Origin: Alphaproteobacteria bacterium
GTDB taxonomy: Bacteria > Pseudomonadota > Alphaproteobacteria > JAAXGF01
Length of the DNA stretch: 64,000 bases
NCBI GenBank assembly: GCA_963555825.3
Contig: CAUVXB020000002.1
Coordinates: 2,080,001-2,144,000, forward strand
Reading direction: 5' to 3'
Position numbers and translations under genes: made by a program. The notes beneath the pieces were generated by a model that saw only the letters and a program-made list of their open reading frames with translations, was not told the origin of the DNA and made no database searches. Numbering within the stretch: position 1 is the stretch's first letter; every line of letters begins with the position of its first letter. Positions 11,201 to 19,792 of the stretch are shown here, one piece after another.

Positions 11201-12400
11201 ATTTCCCCGGAACATCGCGACAGCTGGTCACGAGTGCTCTATTCGATCGAGGACATCACCGAGGAGCGTCTCGCACAGCAGGAACGGCAAACGGCCGAGG
11301 CCCGGCTTCGAGACGCCATCGGCATCATGAACGATGGCCTCGCTGTTTACGATTCGGAGGGACGTCTCGTGCATTGTAACGACAGGTTCCGCGACATCCA
11401 CGACTACAGCGAGGCCGACACGGAACCGGGTGTCGCCACCTATGACAGCCTAGGCCAGGTGGACGCAGCGCATGGCACCCTCGGACGCCAACCATTGAGC
11501 TTCGCTCAACGTCTTGCGAAGCTTCGCCGAGCCGGCAGCACCGAGACCATTGAAAATATTGGTGACCGAATCCTCGAGCGTCGACAGTCGGCGACCCCCG
11601 AGGGCGGCATCATCAGCGTCAACACCGACGTCACCGAGCGTCGGCAGACAGAGGACAGGGTGCGGCGACGCGAGGCCGAACTCGCGCAGGTGCTGCGCGC
11701 GAGCACCCTCGGAGAAATGGGCGCTACGTTGGCTCATGAAGTCAACCAGCCACTGACCACAGTCATCAGCATTTCGGATGTCTGCCTGCGCAAACTGCGC
11801 TCTCAAACCTGTCGGCCCGAAGAGCTCGAGAGCATGTTGGAGCACGTCTGCGAGCAAGGCGAACGGGCAGCCAAAATCATACGCAGGATCGGACGGTTCG
11901 TTCGAAGGTCGACGCCTGACATTTCTCCGACGCATGTCGACGACATGGTGTCTGAAGCCGTTGAGCTCCTAAAATCCGAGCTGCGGCGCAACAACGTCGA
12001 GCTCCGCCTCGAATTGAAGCGCGGCCTTCCCGCCGTGTCGGTCGACAGAATAGAGATCGAGCAGGTCCTCTTGAACCTGTTGAAGAATGGCAGCGACGCT
12101 TTGAGCGAGGTATTGACCGGGAAGCGCGAGTTGGCCATCCAGACATCAATGTCCGGCGAGGACATGGTCGAGGTCAGCGTGAGTGATACCGGGTCCGGCC
12201 TCGCCGACGACGCAGTGCAAAACGCGTTCGAGCCGTTCTTTACTACCAAGCCGAATGGCACGGGAATGGGTCTGTCGATCAGCCGTACGATCATCGAGGC
12301 GCACGGCGGTCGTTTGTGGTGGAGCAATCGTGACGGTTGCGGCACAATCTTCAGTTTCACCCTGCCGATCGACAGGAGAGCACCACGCCATGGCGTCTGA
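8291..12400 (+). CDS. Membrane-anchored multi-PAS sensor histidine kinase (FixL-like kinase core)
   Basis: N-terminal TM helices, ~7 PAS/PAC modules ending DITERK, LAHEVNQPL H-box, NLLKN, DTGSG, FFTTK, GTGMGLSI. Confidence 0.93.
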   Translation: MGQILTDIVLEVIRASIVLGIFMFVLVVGRGRFKLAHHGWRLIVGGFGLLLFGSVLDITDNFDSLNRFVVIGDTEVQAFLEKFVGYLGGYALLAIGLLRWIPTIEDLSERKRVEEALRGREAQMRLVTDALPALIAYFDTEQRLQFVNKTFESWYEAPRDEIVGRKIRDVMAEYIAEADYERFRPHVETALTGEDVSFEEFVTYPDGKTRYVWVTYVPEFGSGGSIEGAFAFIQDITERKRMEDAVRESEARLGAIIDNAPNAISLKDRRGHYLLINRVFEDMLDTTSEAVRGKTSSDIFPREFAESGVVHDRGVVEKGRAIEREEELVLGDHVYTYLTTKFPIRDASGDIVSIGAIHTDITERKRSEDALRESEARLRDATHLANLGQFVWDDVAEKCIYCDEEYARIYGVSVAEYLSTYATYESDLDWVHAEDRERYRDVVFTEASKHRGAIDIEYRIIRRDGETRYIHERGTPVLDGDGALIRTIGTIQDITERKRTEERMREIEARYRTLANLSPVGIFHTDAQGLVTYVNERWCEIGGMTTEQAMGAGWIASVHPADRERIDAEWDEAVKNERMYSLEYRYMHREGLVTWCYVQAVAETDADGKLAGHVGCVTDITERKRAEEALRQAHDELELRVEERTSELRAVNAQLLEEVTERKQAEATLKESEKKLREILENSPVGVAVVSHAKDDARVTGKRLFINSALVQMFGGASGEDLIEAEISDSWVYLDQLQAIEEIMTSRDELVDFEAERRRLDGTEWWVSMNSRPIQFEGQDCTMVWHFDITERKRAEEALRRARDDLELRVEERTADLRTTNRVLLDEIAERKRAEQALQESEARYRAIFEQSPIGIWVDDWSMVKKMIDGLARRGVKDWRGYFHRRPEQLAKAYDLGHPTEISQAILEIYRAPTKQAVIDATVSETATPEMLEGFLAGLIAFIEGKTSHTHEATDIANDGSKILVRNSAVISPEHRDSWSRVLYSIEDITEERLAQQERQTAEARLRDAIGIMNDGLAVYDSEGRLVHCNDRFRDIHDYSEADTEPGVATYDSLGQVDAAHGTLGRQPLSFAQRLAKLRRAGSTETIENIGDRILERRQSATPEGGIISVNTDVTERRQTEDRVRRREAELAQVLRASTLGEMGATLAHEVNQPLTTVISISDVCLRKLRSQTCRPEELESMLEHVCEQGERAAKIIRRIGRFVRRSTPDISPTHVDDMVSEAVELLKSELRRNNVELRLELKRGLPAVSVDRIEIEQVLLNLLKNGSDALSEVLTGKRELAIQTSMSGEDMVEVSVSDTGSGLADDAVQNAFEPFFTTKPNGTGMGLSISRTIIEAHGGRLWWSNRDGCGTIFSFTLPIDRRAPRHGV

Positions 12401-13019
12401 GCCCAAGGTTTACGTCGTTGATGATGAAGAGGGCATACGCGAATCAGTTCGGCTGCTCGTAGAAACGGTCGACCTGGACGTGGAGACGTTCGCCTCCTTC
12501 CAGGAATTCCACGGTGCCTATGATCCTGATCGACCGGCTTGCTTGGTGCTCGATATTCGGATGCTCGGGATAGGTGGAATCGAGGCCCTGGAGATTCTTA
12601 AGGCAGATGCTGTGACCATTCCAGTGATCGTCATCACGGGATACGCCGACGTCCCGACGGCGATCCGCGCCATGAAGGGAGGAGCGGTCGACTTTCTCGA
12701 AAAGCCATTCAATAACCAGGTCCTGCTGGATTGTATTCAGCAATGCCTCGCGCAGGATGCCGAGAAAAAGCGGGAGCAGGTGGAGCGATACGCAATCCTT
12801 GCGCGGTTGGCGCTCCTCACGTTGCGCGAGCGCCAGGTGTTTGATTTGCTGGCCACGGGGAAGACCAATTCGGTCGTCAGCCGGCACATGGGAATCGGCC
12901 GCCGGACCGTCGATAGTCACCGGGCCACGCTGATGCGCAAATTGGGCGTCAGTTCGGCGGCAGAAATCGGCAGAATCGCCACACTCAGCGAGCTGCATCA
13001 AGGTCGGCCTCTGCGGTGA
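12390..13019 (+). CDS. FixJ-type response regulator (REC plus LuxR HTH)
   Basis: VYVVDD, LDIRM, DFLEKPF, LTLRERQV; overlaps the kinase stop. Confidence 0.92.
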   Translation: MASEPKVYVVDDEEGIRESVRLLVETVDLDVETFASFQEFHGAYDPDRPACLVLDIRMLGIGGIEALEILKADAVTIPVIVITGYADVPTAIRAMKGGAVDFLEKPFNNQVLLDCIQQCLAQDAEKKREQVERYAILARLALLTLRERQVFDLLATGKTNSVVSRHMGIGRRTVDSHRATLMRKLGVSSAAEIGRIATLSELHQGRPLR

Positions 13020-13420
13020 ACTCGCTATCGTTGTCCGATCGGATGTGGGCCAGTGGACTTCGGTCTACGAACAACTCGGCCAGGCAATGCAGCACATCGT
13101 CGGATCGCAGGTGTCCGGCGACGTCGATCGCCGGGCACTCTCTGGTGTACTCGTCGTTGATCGTCAGCATGCGGAACGCCCTGCCATCGTGTGCGCGGGC
13201 CATGATGAAGTCATAGGCCCAGACATGGTTCGGCCAGCTCGGCCGAAGACGGATGCAGGATCCGTCGATTGCCGTAGTGGCCATACTTCGCTGGTCAGCC
13301 GTACGATCGCCTCGGTGAGTGCCGCGTCATCGTCAGCCCCGACACCCCGATAACGTTCCATCGAGAATGGTTGTTCGATGACCCGGCACACACCCGATGC
13401 TCGGGCGCCACATATCGTGT
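13016..13420 (-). pseudogene. Degenerate IS3-family transposase fragment
   Basis: PNHVWAYDF..DGRAFRMLTINDEYTREC..IRSDNDSEF integrase-core remnant; broken frames. Confidence 0.8.
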
Positions 13421-13603
13421 GCAGGATTGCTCATCACGGCGTTGGCGCTGCTCGGGGCTGAGAGCAAAAACCACTGACATTAGCGCCAAGGTGGAAATCG
13501 TTGCATTGGTATAGGGGAAAATTTAATTGTTCCATCTGCGCGAAATACGGAGTATAATGGAGATAATAACGGATATTAATATGATAATTGCGGAGTGCGA
13601 GAT

Positions 13604-13955
13604 ATGGCCCTCGGTGGCAAGTTGTTTAATGCGTCCAAAGTGAATCTCGAATGCGCCCCGGACGCGCCTGGAATTTATAGCCTCTATTTGGACGGCAGAT
13701 TTATCTACATCGGGCGAGCGGACGGTGGCAGCAACACGATTAAGAGCCGCCTAGCCGATCACAAGCAGGGCCATGACGGCCCGTGCACTCAACTCTTCAC
13801 TCATTACACGCGCGAAGTCACCATGAAGGTGACTGCCCGCTATAACGAGCTTCTTGAACATTACAGCCGGAAGTTCGGCACCCTTCCGGAATGCAACCTG
13901 TGTATCAACGGGCAGAGCGTGTCGGTGTGGGACAGCGTTCGGAGGGAACAACCGG
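13604..13955 (+). CDS. Small GIY-YIG-like nuclease domain protein, C-terminus interrupted by an IS
   Basis: PGIYSLY..IYIGRA..SRL..LPECN; the frame continues into the IS to 14038. Confidence 0.65.
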
Positions 13956-14021
13956 TGAGTCGGACCCGATTTCCTTGGACACAGAATTGGCTTAATCGAA
14001 GTGTCCAAGGAGGACCGGAAC

Positions 14022-14432
14022 ATGACCGACAATTTTGAGAACAAAGTTGCTGTTGATGGGCCTGTGGTAAACGAGGGCGAGCTTGGCTCGTCCACGTTTT
14101 CCCCGGGCCAGGTTTCGCCGGCAGGCCCGCTGGGACTTGGCCAGCGGTGGACGGTGACGCGCAAGCGTGAGGTTGCCCTGCGGCTTTTGCGTGGCGAGCC
14201 GGTGGAACTTTTGTCGCGGCAGTTGGGCGTGGAGATTTTCCGGCTCGAGCAGTGGCGTGAGAAGGCGATCGCCGGGATCGATGCCTCGCTCAAGGAACGC
14301 AAGGGCGATCCGGTGAAGGCGGAACTGGACATCGCCATGAAGCGGATCGGGGAGTTGATCATGCAGGTGGAACTGCTGGAGGCCAAGACGGAGACGTCCG
14401 GCCCTTTGGGGCGGCGGAGGTCGCGGCGATGA
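14022..14432 (+). CDS. Transposase OrfA (HTH)
   Basis: RWTVTRKREVALRLLRGE..LSRQLGV HTH; GGAGG precedes ATG 14022; stop overlaps the OrfB ATG. Confidence 0.8.
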   Translation: MTDNFENKVAVDGPVVNEGELGSSTFSPGQVSPAGPLGLGQRWTVTRKREVALRLLRGEPVELLSRQLGVEIFRLEQWREKAIAGIDASLKERKGDPVKAELDIAMKRIGELIMQVELLEAKTETSGPLGRRRSRR

Positions 14433-15340
14433 GTGCCGCCACCTCTCCCGGCACGGGTTTGGCCTACGGCCTCCAGCGGGTCTGTGCGGCCTGGGGTTTT
14501 GCCCGTTCCTCGTTCTACGCCATGAAATCCCGGCAGCAGGCCACCGCTGAGCGCCCACCAGCAAAGCGCCGGGGACCGAAGCCCTCGATCTCGGACGAGG
14601 CTCTGCTGGTGGCCATCGAGGCCGACCTGGAGGCATCCCCCTGGGAGGGCGAGGGACACCGCAAGGTCTGGGCTCGGCTTCGGGTCTGTCGTGGCATCCG
14701 TGTTTCCCGCAAGCGGGGGCTCCGGGTGATGCGCGAGAACAACCTGCTCTCGCCCCATCGCTGCCGCCGCCGTGGCGGAAATCCCCATGTCGGTGAGATC
14801 ATCACCCATGCCCCCAACCTCATGTGGGGCACGGACGGCGTTCGGGTGTTCACGGTGGACGACGGCTGGGGCTGGATATTCACCGCCATCGAGCATTGGA
14901 ACGCCGAGTGCGTCGGCTGGCATGTGTGCAAGCGAGGCGACCGCTTCGCCGCCCTTCAGCCGATCTCCATGGGGCTTGCGAGGCTGTATGCCTCGACCTC
15001 CGCCGGTGCGGCGCGGGGGCTGGCCTTGCGGATGGATCACGGCTCCCAGTATCTGTCGGACCACTTCACCAACCAGATCAAGTTCTGGGGCATCCAGCCG
15101 TCCTACGCCTTCGTCGAACAGCCCCAGACCAACGGCGTCGCCGAGAGGTTCAATCGCACGCTCAAGGAACAGATCATCCATGGCCGCATCTACCGCAACA
15201 TCGCGGAGCTGCGGAACGCCGTCCGCGGGTTCGTCGAACAGTACAATGCCCAGTGGATCGTGGAGAAGAACGGCTACCTGAGCCCCGCTCAAGCTCGTCA
15301 GGCGTGGCACACCGCGATGTCACTCAGGCCCGCCGCATGA
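14429..15340 (+). CDS. Transposase OrfB (rve integrase core)
   Basis: WGTDG, RMDHGSQY, PQTNGVAERFNRTLKE DDE motif. Confidence 0.9.
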   Translation: MSAATSPGTGLAYGLQRVCAAWGFARSSFYAMKSRQQATAERPPAKRRGPKPSISDEALLVAIEADLEASPWEGEGHRKVWARLRVCRGIRVSRKRGLRVMRENNLLSPHRCRRRGGNPHVGEIITHAPNLMWGTDGVRVFTVDDGWGWIFTAIEHWNAECVGWHVCKRGDRFAALQPISMGLARLYASTSAGAARGLALRMDHGSQYLSDHFTNQIKFWGIQPSYAFVEQPQTNGVAERFNRTLKEQIIHGRIYRNIAELRNAVRGFVEQYNAQWIVEKNGYLSPAQARQAWHTAMSLRPAA

Positions 15341-15572
15341 GACAAACTTGTGTCCAAGGAACCGGGTGCGATACAGAGGGAACAACCGGGAGAGCCACGA
15401 CATCGACGGCCACAGTGCTGACGACCATGCGACCAGCGTGTACACCGAGGCGCCAAGCTGCAACGCGCTTGTCGATAATCCTGGGGGATCACGATCGATG
15501 AGAAACGTGCCTCGTCGCGATTGATCAAGAATTGAGTGATCCCTCACTTCACATTGGGGACGTGAGCACGAC

Positions 15573-16433
15573 ATGGCAGATGCGGGACCGGCACACCTCG
15601 AATGGAAGGACGCCGTTGAACAGCTCGAACGGGCGAACCGGACGATCGAGGAGCAGGCCGAGCATCTCCAGATGGTCATGGACAGCGCGACGATCTCGAT
15701 CTTCTCGCTGAACATCGAGGGCAAGATCACCAGCGCGAACCAGATGACCGCCGAGATGACGGGCCGGCCGGTCGCCGATCTGATCGGTGCGTCCTTCGCC
15801 GGCTTGATCGATAGCGACGACCCGGCCGAGGCCGAGGCGCTGGTCGCCAAGGTGATCGAGGACGGTTATTTCGTGTCCAATCACGAGGCGACAGTCCGCC
15901 GTCCCGACGCCAGCGTACGGATCATCATCCTCAGCTTGCGCGCCCTGACCCGTGACGGTGACATCACCGGCGTCGCGGGCATCGCGAACGACGTGACCGA
16001 ACTGCGCCAGCAGCGCAAGGCGCTGTCGGCCTATCTGCGCATGCTCGAAACGCCCGACCCGACCCTGCTGTCGCTCATGGTGCGCGAATCGCCTGGCTTA
16101 CCCGCCGAGAGCGCGGCCCAGACCGCGGTCGCCGAGGCCGCCGACGACGCCGCGAACCTCGTCCAGATGGACAAGCAGGAACATCGGTCGCATCCGCGCT
16201 TCAAGGTCTACAAGGGCAGCAAGATCTCATTCAACAACGAAACGTCGATCGTCGATTGCGTCGTGCGCAATCTATCGGAGGGCGGCGCGCGGTTGCAGTT
16301 CCCGTCGCACTTCGACTGCCCGCGCTTCGTCGTCCTGCGCATCTCGGGCGGCAATGCCTACAACTGCGAGGTACGCCAGTTCGCCAACAACATCATGGGC
16401 GTCAAATTCCTCGGCGAGCATATTTCGCTTTAA
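15573..16433 (+). CDS. PAS plus PilZ domain protein (putative c-di-GMP receptor)
   Basis: PAS/PAC ending DVTE; C-terminal RSHPR (RxxxR) and NLSEGG ((D/N)xSxxG) PilZ motifs. Confidence 0.82.
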   Translation: MADAGPAHLEWKDAVEQLERANRTIEEQAEHLQMVMDSATISIFSLNIEGKITSANQMTAEMTGRPVADLIGASFAGLIDSDDPAEAEALVAKVIEDGYFVSNHEATVRRPDASVRIIILSLRALTRDGDITGVAGIANDVTELRQQRKALSAYLRMLETPDPTLLSLMVRESPGLPAESAAQTAVAEAADDAANLVQMDKQEHRSHPRFKVYKGSKISFNNETSIVDCVVRNLSEGGARLQFPSHFDCPRFVVLRISGGNAYNCEVRQFANNIMGVKFLGEHISL

Positions 16434-16681
16434 ACTTGGTGGTTCAGTTCCCAGGGGAACGCCCTTGGTGATGCTGGCGACATAGGCGCGATGCCAACAA
16501 AAGCCATGAAGAGTACTTGAGCCCGTTTCATCGTCGGGTTCTTGGCGTCGAGTGTGTAAAGTTTATGTTTGGCGAAATTTCTCGAGTTGTCCGCTTATGA
16601 TGCGGTGGACGGCTCCCACCCGCAGGCATCTAGGTGCCAAAATGGTGGTTTCGATGAACCACAGGGAAATAGGAGCCGTCC

Positions 16682-17704
16682 ATGAACGAAGTTATCACGA
16701 TCGGTGTTGATCTTGCGAAGAACGTATTTCAGGTGCATGGCGTTGACGCCGAGGGAACCGTGGTCGTCCGCCGTCAGTTGAGGCGGCGTCAGGTGCTGGC
16801 CTTCTTCGAGAAACAGCCGCCCTGCCTGGTTGGTATGGAGGCATGTGCGACCGCGCATTACTGGGCGCGGGAGATCGCGGCGCTTGGGCATGAGGTCAAG
16901 CTGATGCCGCCGCGCTATGTGAAGCCCTACGTGAAGCGGAACAAGAATGACGCTGCCGATGCGGAGGCTATTTGCGAGGCCGTCACGCGCCCGACGATGC
17001 GCTTTGTCGCGGTGAAGAGCGTCGAGCAGCAGAGCGTTCTGATGCTGCACCGAACGCGCGAGCTTCTGGTCCGCCAGAGAACCATGCTGGTCAACGCTAC
17101 GCGGGCGCACATGGCGGAGTTCGGGGTGGTGGCGCGAACCGGGTTGCCGCAGGTCAAGGAGCTGCTCGCGGTGATCAGCGATGAGGCGGATGAGCGCATT
17201 CCGCCCCTGGCGCGGACTTGCCTGGAAGGGCTGGCGCGGCAGTTGCTGTCGCTGGAGCGGGAGATCGTCGGCGCTGAGAGGCGTATCCACGCCTGGCACC
17301 GGACGAACGAAGAGAGCCTGCGTCTCGAAACCACACCCGGCATCGGACCGATCACGGCGAGCGCGCTGGCATCTTCGATTGCCAATCCGTCGATCTTCAA
17401 ATCGGGCCGCTCAATGGCCGCTTGGATCGGGCTGGTGCCAAGACAGAACTCGACCGGTGGCAAGGAGCGCATGGGGCGGATCTCCAAGCAGGGCGATCAA
17501 TACCTGCGCTGGCTGCTGGTCGCCGGCGCCATGACGGTCATCCGCCACGCCAAGCGACGCGGCACGACCGATCCATGGCTTGCCAACATCATCGCCGACA
17601 AGCCGACCAAGGTCGCGGCCGTGGCGCTGGCCAACAAGAACGCCCGCATTGCCTGGGCGCTTCTGAGACATGGCGGAACCTATCGCAGGCCCGCGACGGC
17701 CTAG
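16682..17704 (+). CDS. IS110 DEDD recombinase/transposase
   Basis: IGVDLAK, GMEAC, KNDAADAEAI (DEDD), PGIG, GLVPRQNSTGG (catalytic Ser); intact 340 aa. Confidence 0.96.
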   Translation: MNEVITIGVDLAKNVFQVHGVDAEGTVVVRRQLRRRQVLAFFEKQPPCLVGMEACATAHYWAREIAALGHEVKLMPPRYVKPYVKRNKNDAADAEAICEAVTRPTMRFVAVKSVEQQSVLMLHRTRELLVRQRTMLVNATRAHMAEFGVVARTGLPQVKELLAVISDEADERIPPLARTCLEGLARQLLSLEREIVGAERRIHAWHRTNEESLRLETTPGIGPITASALASSIANPSIFKSGRSMAAWIGLVPRQNSTGGKERMGRISKQGDQYLRWLLVAGAMTVIRHAKRRGTTDPWLANIIADKPTKVAAVALANKNARIAWALLRHGGTYRRPATA

Positions 17705-17719
17705 GCCGACGAAAACAAG

Positions 17720-17940
17720 GCGTTCACGAGTTTGGCGGAGTGTAAGTGACGTAATGCAAAATCGGTCGAACCGAGGATCGGGAAAACCCGCTATAGCCAC
17801 GGCGCCTCGAGCGCGTGCTTATGACTGGGACCCGACCCCGCGGATCGCATTAGGGCCAGCGGCCATGTACGCCGCACCAAAAGGCCGGACACATGGCAGC
17901 ACCCGACCAGCTTGCATCAACGTCACAAAATCTCTTGCCA
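17720..17940 (+). ncRNA. Predicted bridge RNA / seekRNA locus (ends approximate)
   Basis: Guide-like matches to the target (AGCCA 17795, GCTTATG 17817) and donor junction (CGCATTA 17846, ACACATG 17889), each pair flanking a hairpin. Confidence 0.8.
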
Positions 17941-17959
17941 ACAGGGAGCCGTCCACACA

Positions 17960-19654
17960 TGAGACATGGCGGAACCTATCGCAGGCCCGCGACGGCCTAG
18001 GCCGACGAAAACAAGGCGTTCACGAGTTTGGCGGAGTGTAAGTGACGTAATGCAAAATCGGTCGAACCGAGGATCGGGAAAACCCGCTATAGCCACGGCG
18101 CCTCGAGCGCGTGCTTATGACTGGGACCCGACCCCGCGGATCGCATTAGGGCCAGCGGCCATGTACGCCGCACCAAAAGGCCGGACACATGGCAGCACCC
18201 GACCAGCTTGCATCAACGTCACAAAATCTCTTGCCAACAGGGGGCCGTCCACACATGAGACATGGCGGAACCTATCGCAGGCCCGCGTCGGCCTAGGCCG
18301 ACGAAAACAAGGCGTTCACGAGTTTGGCGGAGTGTAAGTGACGTAATGCAAAATCGGTCGAACCGAGGATCGGGAAAACCCGCTATAGCCACGGCGCCTC
18401 GAGCGCGTGCTTATGACTGGGACCCGACCCCGCGGATCGCATTAGGGCCAGCGGCCATGTACGCCGCACCAAAAGGCCGGACACATGGCAGCACCCGACC
18501 AGCTTGCATCAACGTCACAAAATCTCTTGCCAACAGGGAGCCGTCCACACATGAGACATGGACCCGACCTATCGCAGGCCCGCGACGGCCTAGGCCGACG
18601 AAAACAAGGCGATCACGAGTTTGGCGGAGTGCATTAGGGCCAGCGGCCATGTACGCCGCACCAATCAAGGCCGGAACATGGCAGCACCCGACCATGTACG
18701 CTTGCATCAAGGCGTCACGAGCTTGGCGGAATCTCTTGCCAACAGGGAGCCGTCCACACATGACTGGGACCCGACCCCGCGGATCGCATTAGGGCCAGCG
18801 GCCATGTACGCCGCACCAAAAGGCCGGACACATGGCAGCACCCGACCAGCTTGCATCAACGTCACAAAATCTCTTGCCAACAGGGAGCCGTCCACACATG
18901 ACTGGGACCCGACCCCGCGGATCGCATTAGGGCCAGCGGCCATGTACGCCGCACCAAAAGGCCGGACACATGGCAGCACCCGACCAGCTTGCATCAACGT
19001 CACAAAATCTCTTGCCAACAGGGAGCCGTCCACACATGGGCCAACAGGGAGCCGTCCACACATGACTGGGACCCGACCCCGCGATCGCATTAGGGCCAGC
19101 GGCCATGTACGCCGCACCAAAAGGCCGGACACATGTACGCCGCACCAAAAGGCCGGACACATGGCAGCACCCGACCAGCTTGCATCAACGTCACAAAATC
19201 TCTTGCCAACAGGGAGCCGTCCACACATGCCAACAGGGAGCCGTCCACACATGACTGGGACCCGACCCCGCGGATCGCATTAGGGCCAGCGGCCATGTAC
19301 GCCGCACCAAAAGGCCGGACACATGGCAGCACCCGACCAGCTTGCATCAACGTCACAAAATCTCTTGCCAACAGGGAGCCGTCCACACATGCCAACAGGG
19401 AGCCGTGCCAACAGGGAGCCGTCCACACATGCCAACAGGGAGCCGTCCACACATGTACAGGGAGCCGTCCACACATGCCAAAGGGAGCCGGACACATGCC
19501 AACAGGGACCCGTCCGCATGCAACAGGGACGTCCACCATGCCAAAGGGATCCACACATGCCAACAGGGAGCCGTCCACACATGCCACACATGGGAGCCCC
19601 GACCAGCTTGCATCAACGTCACATCACTTGCCAACAGGGAGCCGTCCACACATG
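17960..19654 (+). repeat. Tandem array of IS110 right-end copies (296, 138 and 24 bp units plus mosaic copies)
   Basis: Right-end TG cores at 17960, 18256, 18552, 18761, 18899, 19037, 19063, 19228, 19252, 19390, 19430, 19454 and 19653. Confidence 0.95.
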
Positions 19655-19792
19655 GCTGAGGCGGCTGGGAACGGACATTGGGCGACCGACGCCGCCAGGT
19701 CCGCTTTCCGCTCGTAAGCCGATTCGATTCCCTTGGGAGTCCGGGCGTGAGCCACGGGTCGGCTCGGGTCGGCAAGCCGGGTTGACTTGAAC

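Larger units (their letters stand above)
13956..15375 (+). mobile_element. Two-ORF IS3/IS481-like insertion sequence with 14-bp target duplication
   Basis: TG...CA ends with imperfect ~30-bp IRs sharing TTCCTTGGACACA; GAGGGAACAACCGG at 13942-13955 and 15376-15389. Confidence 0.9.
16598..19654 (+). mobile_element. IS110-family (IS1111-type) element with amplified right end
   Basis: 13-bp sub-terminal IRs GTGGACGGCTCCC (16605-16617) and GGGAGCCGTCCAC (17944-17956); TG core at 16598, 17960 and 19653; long right non-coding end. Confidence 0.92.

Noticed and set aside
8990-11645. Recurrent GACATCACCGAGCGCAAG repeats as a CRISPR or DGR signal
   Set aside because: They encode the DITERK PAC linkers in frame; no reverse transcriptase or template/variable repeat pair
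17960-19654. CRISPR array or diversified guide array
   Set aside because: No unique spacers and no cas genes; all units derive from the IS110 right end and the guide segments are identical in the clean copies
17670-19790. Repetitive ORFs (MAEPIAGPRR..., ANREPSTH repeats)
   Set aside because: Translations of the non-coding repeat array; no independent sign of coding
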